From NCBI GenBank assembly GCA_019116115.1, contig DXCF01000005.1, positions 15,495-79,494 on the forward strand: a stretch of 64,000 bases of DNA, in the 5' to 3' direction. This document shows positions 59,303 through 64,000 of this stretch, piece after piece. The stretch is from Candidatus Borkfalkia avicola. GTDB taxonomy: Bacteria; Bacillota; Clostridia; Christensenellales; Borkfalkiaceae. The stretch's first letter is position 1, and every line of letters begins with the position of its first letter. Under the pieces are notes generated by a model. That model worked only from the letters and a program-made list of their open reading frames with translations. It was not told where the DNA came from and made no database searches. A program made the translations under genes and the position numbers.

Positions 59303-59462
59303 GTTTTTCCCTCCGTTTCCGTTCTATGACTCTATTGTATCGCAGAAAGGGGGAAAGGTCAACGGAAAAGCAAAAAAATATCCGGCGCCGCGGCGCTTTT
59401 TCCGTGAAAAAAGAGCCGCGGCAAAAAGCCTGCGGCCCTGTTTTCGGCGATGCGGAAGAGAA

Positions 59463-62138
59463 TTATGCCGATGCGCGCATCTTCTTCCCCTTCGCGGCGC
59501 GGCGGAAAACTTTTACAAGTTCGTCGAGCGCGATGACGGAGAGTGCCAGCCCGATGAGTTTGAGCCAGTCGAGCGCGTTCAGGGCGACGGTATCGAACAC
59601 CTGCCCGCCGAACTGCGTGATGAGCACCTGCAGCGCAAAGGCGATGACGAACGCCGCGAGCATCAGTCTGTTTTTGAAGAAGTTGGGGAAAACGCTCTTA
59701 TCGCCCAGTTCGCGGCAGTTGAAGGCGTTGAACAGCTGGAAGAGCACGAACAGCGTGAATACGGAAGTGGACACCTTTTCCGCGCCCATGCCGAGGAAGT
59801 CGAAGCCCATCTGCGCGAGGCAGATGACGCACATGAAGGCGCCGTTCACGCCGATGCGCAGCAGCATTTCTTTGGATACGATGCTCTCGCCCCGCGCCGT
59901 GGGCTTGCGGGTCATCAGGTCGTCGCGGATGGGTTCAAGCCCCAGCGTGAGCGCGGGAGGGCCGTCCATGATGATGTTGATCCACAGAAGATCGAGCGCG
60001 GAGAAGGGAGAATGGAAGTCCTCCACGAACAGCCCGATGATCGTACAGAGGAACACGGTGAGAACAGACGCCACGTTCACCGTGAGCTGAAATTGTATGA
60101 AACGCTTGAAGTTTTCGTAGATGCCCCTGCCCCACTTGACGGTGGTGACGATGGTGGAGAAGGAGTCGTTCAGCAGCACGATATCCGCCGCCTCTTTGGA
60201 AACTTCTGTGCCCGAGATGCCCATCGCGATGCCGACGTCGGCGTTTTTCAGCGCGGGGGCGTCGTTGATGCCGTCGCCTGTGACGGCGACCACGTTGCCC
60301 TTCGATTTCAGTTCCTTGACGACGCGCATCTTCAGAAGGGGGGTGCTGCGCGCGATGACGCGCACGGAGGGCAGCACCTTTGAAAATTCTTCGTCGGAGA
60401 GCCCCTCGAGGTAGGACGCCTCGACGGCGATGCCGCCGCCTTCTAAAAGCCCCAGCTCGTCTGCGATGGCGGTGGCGGTGATGATGTTGTCGCCGGTGAG
60501 CATCTTGACTTCGATGTTCGCCGTCTTGCAGGCGTGCACGGCGTCTTTGACTTCGGCGCGCAGCGGGTCTGCGATGCCGACGAAGCCGTCGAAGGTCATC
60601 CCTTCTTCCGCCGCCTCGCGGGAGGCGGGGCGCGCCTTCACCTCTTTATGCGCGAAGGCGAGCACGCGGCGGGCGCGCTTCTGCAGCCCCACGATCGCCT
60701 CTTCGATGCGCAGGCGTTCCGGTTCTCCCACGGAGCAGAGGGCGAGGATCTTTTCCGGGCTGCCCTTCGTGTAGACGGTGTACCCTTCCGCCGTGCGGAC
60801 GCAGACCGTCATGTTCTTCGTGTCGGAAGAGAAGGGGTACAGGTCGCAGACCTGCGCGCCCTCCCTGCGGGCGGCGTAGTCGACGCCGCACTTTTTTGCC
60901 GAAACGAGCAGCGCGCCCTCGGTGGGGTTGCCGACGAAGCGGACGTTCCCCTCTTCTTCGTAGAGATCCGCAGTGCTGTTGAGGCAGTAGTTGGAGAGCA
61001 TATTTTCGTCGGAAAAGGAGGAAACGTCTCTGAACTGACCGCCCGACCATACGTCTACGACGGTCATGCGGTTTTCGGTGAGCGTGCCCGTCTTGTCAGA
61101 ACAGATGACGTTGATGCAGCCGATGGTCTCGCAGGCGACCATCTTTTTGACGAGGGCATTCTGCCGCGCCATGCGCGCGATGTTGATGGAGAGCGAGATG
61201 GCGACGATGGTGGGCAGGCCCTCCGGCACCGCCGCGACCATGAGCACGATGCTCTCGATGAACACGCTGCTGATGGTCTCGAAGGTGCGCGGCCCGACCG
61301 CGAGGAAATATACGAGCTGGATGACGAAGATGAGCGCCGCGAACACCGCGCCGATGACGGTGATGCTCTTGCCCAGCCTGCCCATCTTTTCCTGCAGGGG
61401 GGTCTGCCCCTCGCCGCCGCCCTGTATCTCGCGGGCGATCAGCCCGAACTGCGTGAAATCGCCGACGTCCGTGACCGCCATCTTCCCCGTGCCGCCGGTG
61501 ACGAAGGTGCCCGAATACACCATGTTCAGCCGCTCGGCGACGGGCGTCTTTTCGTCTTCGAGCACGGCGGAGGCGTCCTTTTCCACCGGCGCCGATTCGC
61601 CGGTGAGAGAAGATTCGTCGCACATGAGCGAGGTGCTTTCGATCAGCCGCCCGTCCGCCGCGACCTTGTTGCCCGTTTCGAGGTACACGATGTCGCCGAC
61701 GACGAGTTCCTGCTGCGGGACGTACTGCACGATGCCGTCGCGCACGACCTTGATCTCGACGCCCTCTTTGATCTTGTTCAGCTCGTCGAACGCCTTCGCG
61801 CTGCGCCCTTCCATGACGACGGTGAGTACCACCGAGATGAGCACGGCGACGAGGATGCCCGCGCATTCCGCCCAATCGAACGCCGCAATCCCTTCCTGTA
61901 CGGCGTTGACCACGTTCACGGCGATGGTGATCGCCCAGGCGCAGAGCAGGAGGATGAGCATGGGCTCGGTCAGCGCCTCCCAGATCCGCCGCAGGAGGCT
62001 CTTGCGCTTCGCGCGGGTAAACTCGTTCCTGCCGTACTTTTCGGCGTGCTCCTTCACCTTCGCGGAAGACAGCCCCGCCGACCTGTCCGTATCGAGGCGG
62101 GAGAGCGCCTCTTCGGGTGTCTGTGTGTAATACTCCAT
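59463..62138 (-). CDS. P-type ATPase, Ca2+/Mn2+-transporting PMCA/PMR1 type (YoaB/YloB-like)
   Basis: DESSLTGES, VPEGLP, SDKTGTLT, TGDGINDAPAL. Confidence 0.95.
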   Translation of the reverse strand: MEYYTQTPEEALSRLDTDRSAGLSSAKVKEHAEKYGRNEFTRAKRKSLLRRIWEALTEPMLILLLCAWAITIAVNVVNAVQEGIAAFDWAECAGILVAVLISVVLTVVMEGRSAKAFDELNKIKEGVEIKVVRDGIVQYVPQQELVVGDIVYLETGNKVAADGRLIESTSLMCDESSLTGESAPVEKDASAVLEDEKTPVAERLNMVYSGTFVTGGTGKMAVTDVGDFTQFGLIAREIQGGGEGQTPLQEKMGRLGKSITVIGAVFAALIFVIQLVYFLAVGPRTFETISSVFIESIVLMVAAVPEGLPTIVAISLSINIARMARQNALVKKMVACETIGCINVICSDKTGTLTENRMTVVDVWSGGQFRDVSSFSDENMLSNYCLNSTADLYEEEGNVRFVGNPTEGALLVSAKKCGVDYAARREGAQVCDLYPFSSDTKNMTVCVRTAEGYTVYTKGSPEKILALCSVGEPERLRIEEAIVGLQKRARRVLAFAHKEVKARPASREAAEEGMTFDGFVGIADPLRAEVKDAVHACKTANIEVKMLTGDNIITATAIADELGLLEGGGIAVEASYLEGLSDEEFSKVLPSVRVIARSTPLLKMRVVKELKSKGNVVAVTGDGINDAPALKNADVGIAMGISGTEVSKEAADIVLLNDSFSTIVTTVKWGRGIYENFKRFIQFQLTVNVASVLTVFLCTIIGLFVEDFHSPFSALDLLWINIIMDGPPALTLGLEPIRDDLMTRKPTARGESIVSKEMLLRIGVNGAFMCVICLAQMGFDFLGMGAEKVSTSVFTLFVLFQLFNAFNCRELGDKSVFPNFFKNRLMLAAFVIAFALQVLITQFGGQVFDTVALNALDWLKLIGLALSVIALDELVKVFRRAAKGKKMRASA

Positions 62139-62180
62139 AAATAACCTGCCTTATTGACGCGCCGCGGCGCAGAATGAAAT

Positions 62181-62212
62181 AAAAAAAACCATATATGCGC
62201 GTGCATATATGG
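62181..62212 (-). terminator. Attenuating intrinsic terminator in the riboswitch expression platform
   Basis: Minus strand CCATATATGC-ACGC-GCATATATGG followed by 8 T, upstream of the ATPase RBS. Confidence 0.8.
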
Positions 62213-62261
62213 CAACAGAATGGGCAGAGTGACGCCATATATACGCGGAAAGCGCGGATAT

Positions 62262-62355
62262 ATGGGTCTTGCCGTGTTTCAGGCGGAGCCCTGTGTTCGG
62301 CGAACACGGGATGAAGAACTCCGCCGCGCAGAAGCTGCGCCGGCTACTCCCCCAC
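62262..62355 (-). ncRNA. yybP-ykoY (Mn2+-sensing) riboswitch aptamer
   Basis: P1 GUGGG/CCCAU, GGAGUA loop, GCCG/CGGC-AAGA, P3 GCGCAG/CUGCGC, P4 GGCGGAG/CUCCGCC with UCAUC loop; sits upstream of a P-type ATPase, a known context for this family. Confidence 0.85.
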
Positions 62356-62379
62356 GGGAATGATTGAATTTACCTTACC

Positions 62380-62408
62380 ATTATAATCGGCAAAGAGAGA
62401 TTTGTCAA
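62380..62408 (-). promoter_or_regulatory. Consensus sigma-A promoter of the riboswitch-ATPase transcript
   Basis: Minus strand TTGACA, 17 nt, TATAAT. Confidence 0.85.
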
Positions 62409-62490
62409 CCGAAAAACGCGTGAAAATACACAAAAAACCGGCTGTTCTCCCGTGAAGGAAAGGCGGGCCGGCACGCGCGGCGGAGGGGGG

Positions 62491-62994
62491 CTACTCCCCT
62501 TCCGCCAGAAAGCCTCCGCGGGCGAGGCGGGCGCCGATCTCGTCGAGGGCGGCTTCGCTGTCGGCAGACACGGTGTGGTAGTGATAGTCTCCCGTGATGT
62601 TTTTGAGGGGGACGGAGACGCCGCTTTCCAGCTTGCGCATGAATTCGTCCACCTCCCTGCGCGAAGAAATGCCCATAGGCGCGGCGATCCTGCCGTAGAC
62701 CTTGTGCCAGACGAACACGTCTTCCACCCTGCCGCCCGCGTCGACGATGAGATACAGCTCTTCGCGGGTGCGCGCGTCGGAATGGCGCGCCTTGAATACC
62801 CGCCGCGCGCGGGCGCGGGGCAGGATATAGCCGCGGTTGGTGGCGACGATCTCCCGCCCTTCCGCGCGCAGAAGGGCGACGTCCTGCACGATCACCTGCC
62901 GCGAAACGCCGAATTTTTCCGCGAGTTTTGTGGCGGAGAGAGGGGTTTCCCCCAGCATCTCCGCGATCTTTCTGCGCCGCTCTTCCCCCGTCAT
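62491..62994 (-). CDS. niaR: Niacin-responsive transcriptional repressor (HTH plus 3H domain)
   Basis: LAEKFGVSRQVIVQD...I.ATNRGY; H...EEL..IVD.GG.V.DV...H.VYG; YHYHT; adjacent to nadC. Confidence 0.9.
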   Translation of the reverse strand: MTGEERRRKIAEMLGETPLSATKLAEKFGVSRQVIVQDVALLRAEGREIVATNRGYILPRARARRVFKARHSDARTREELYLIVDAGGRVEDVFVWHKVYGRIAAPMGISSRREVDEFMRKLESGVSVPLKNITGDYHYHTVSADSEAALDEIGARLARGGFLAEGE

Positions 62995-62998
62995 GCTC

Positions 62999-63862
62999 TC
63001 ACTCCTTTGCCGGGCGCAGGTTTTTGAGGGAAACGTCGAGGATGGGCGCGGAGTGCGTGAGCGCCCCGCAGGAGACGACGTCTGCCCCGATATCCTTCAG
63101 CCGCGCGACGTTTTCGGCGGTGACGTTGCCGGAAATTTCGACCAGCGCCCGCCCGCCGACGAGGGCGACCGCCTCCTTCATCTGCTCGTCGCTCATGTTG
63201 TCGAGCATGACGATGTCTGCCCCCGCTTCGACGGCTTCCTTCACCATGCCGAGGGTCTCCGCTTCGACCTCTATCTTCATCGTGAAGGGCGCGTACGCCT
63301 TCGCCGCGGCGACCGCCTGCTTCACGCCGCCTGCCGCGCCGATGTGGTTGTCCTTCAGAAGCACGGCGTCGGAGAGGTTCCAGCGGTGGTTGCCGCCGCC
63401 GCCCATGCGCACGGCGTACTTTTCGAACAGGCGCATATTCGGCGTCGTCTTGCGGGTGTCGACGAGTTTCAGGCCCGACCCTTCCAGAAGCTGCGCCATC
63501 TTCGCCGTATAGGTGGCGATGCCGCTCATGCGCTGCAAAAAGTTCAGCGCGGTGCGTTCGCCGGTGAGGATGACGCGCATATCCCCCGCGACGCGGGCGA
63601 GCAGCTGCCCCCTGCGCACGCGCTCGCCGTCTTTTGCGAGAAGTTCGGTGCGCACGGCGCCCTCCGAAAGCAGATCGAACACGCGCGCGAACACGGGCAG
63701 TCCCGCGACGACGCCGTCCTGCTTGCAGATCAGCTCCGCCCTGCCGAAGGCACAGGCCTTCAAGATGCAGTTGGTGGAAATATCCTCGCTCGTGACATCC
63801 TCCGCGAGCGCCATGCGGATGAGTTCGTCCGCACGGATCTTCATCGTCACTTCGTCAATCAA
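62999..63862 (-). CDS. nadC: Nicotinate-nucleotide pyrophosphorylase (quinolinate phosphoribosyltransferase)
   Basis: TTG start; ERTALNFLQRMSGIAT, DTRKTTP, LLKDNH, EVEAE, MLDNM. Confidence 0.96.
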   Translation of the reverse strand: MIDEVTMKIRADELIRMALAEDVTSEDISTNCILKACAFGRAELICKQDGVVAGLPVFARVFDLLSEGAVRTELLAKDGERVRRGQLLARVAGDMRVILTGERTALNFLQRMSGIATYTAKMAQLLEGSGLKLVDTRKTTPNMRLFEKYAVRMGGGGNHRWNLSDAVLLKDNHIGAAGGVKQAVAAAKAYAPFTMKIEVEAETLGMVKEAVEAGADIVMLDNMSDEQMKEAVALVGGRALVEISGNVTAENVARLKDIGADVVSCGALTHSAPILDVSLKNLRPAKE

Positions 63863-64000
63863 TGTATGCCTCCCTCTCCGCCTCTTCGCGGATCATTTTT
63901 GCGTATTCCTGTTTGAGCGCTGCATAGGCGCGGTATGCGGACAGATCCGCAGCGGGCGTGCGCGACGATACCTCCGTACGGGATGCGGCCATGCACTTTG
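63855..64000 (-). CDS. 3' end of an upstream gene, possibly L-aspartate oxidase; partial at the window edge
   Basis: Open frame ...ADLSAYRAYAALKQEYAKMIREEAEREAYID* whose stop overlaps the nadC start by 8 nt. Identity is inferred only from the usual nadA-nadB-nadC order. Confidence 0.45.
   Translation of the reverse strand, partial: KCMAASRTEVSSRTPAADLSAYRAYAALKQEYAKMIREEAEREAYID

Overview
Mostly core chromosome of a high-GC, spore-forming Firmicute. A gut Clostridia affiliation is inferred from gene content (spoVT, SpoVM-like, yabM, yicC-rpoZ-priA-def-fmt-rsmB-rlmN-rpe-thiN-rpmB-yloU-fakA-recG synteny) and was not verified. Most genes lie on the minus strand. Contents in order: (1-9.5 kb) a visibly AT-richer glycan-utilisation island of three tandem secreted CBM-rich proteins, one with a clan GH-A catalytic domain, plus a divergent AraC regulator; ppdK; recO with an unlisted YqzL-like peptide; a DRE-TIM aldolase-like gene; hisZGDBHAF(IE); a trimmed recG-to-yicC cluster with an unlisted SpoVM-like peptide; ligA; pcrA; a SipW-type secreted protein interrupted by an in-frame TAG; rpsU; membrane and lipoprotein genes; a Ktr/Trk K+ uptake pair; acyl-CoA ligase with DUF1624; dusB; mazG; yabM; spoVT; a GH38 alpha-mannosidase; a P-type ATPase under a yybP-ykoY riboswitch; niaR-nadC. 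The most striking unexplained signal is a ~215-nt multi-hairpin non-coding unit present five times: one singlet (14635-14850) and two ~445-bp head-to-head doublets (35245-35689, 47402-47847). Its stems change sequence while keeping base pairing and loop motifs, it has no visible target-site duplication, and no transposase is in the window. No rRNA, tRNA, CRISPR array or transposase was recognised.
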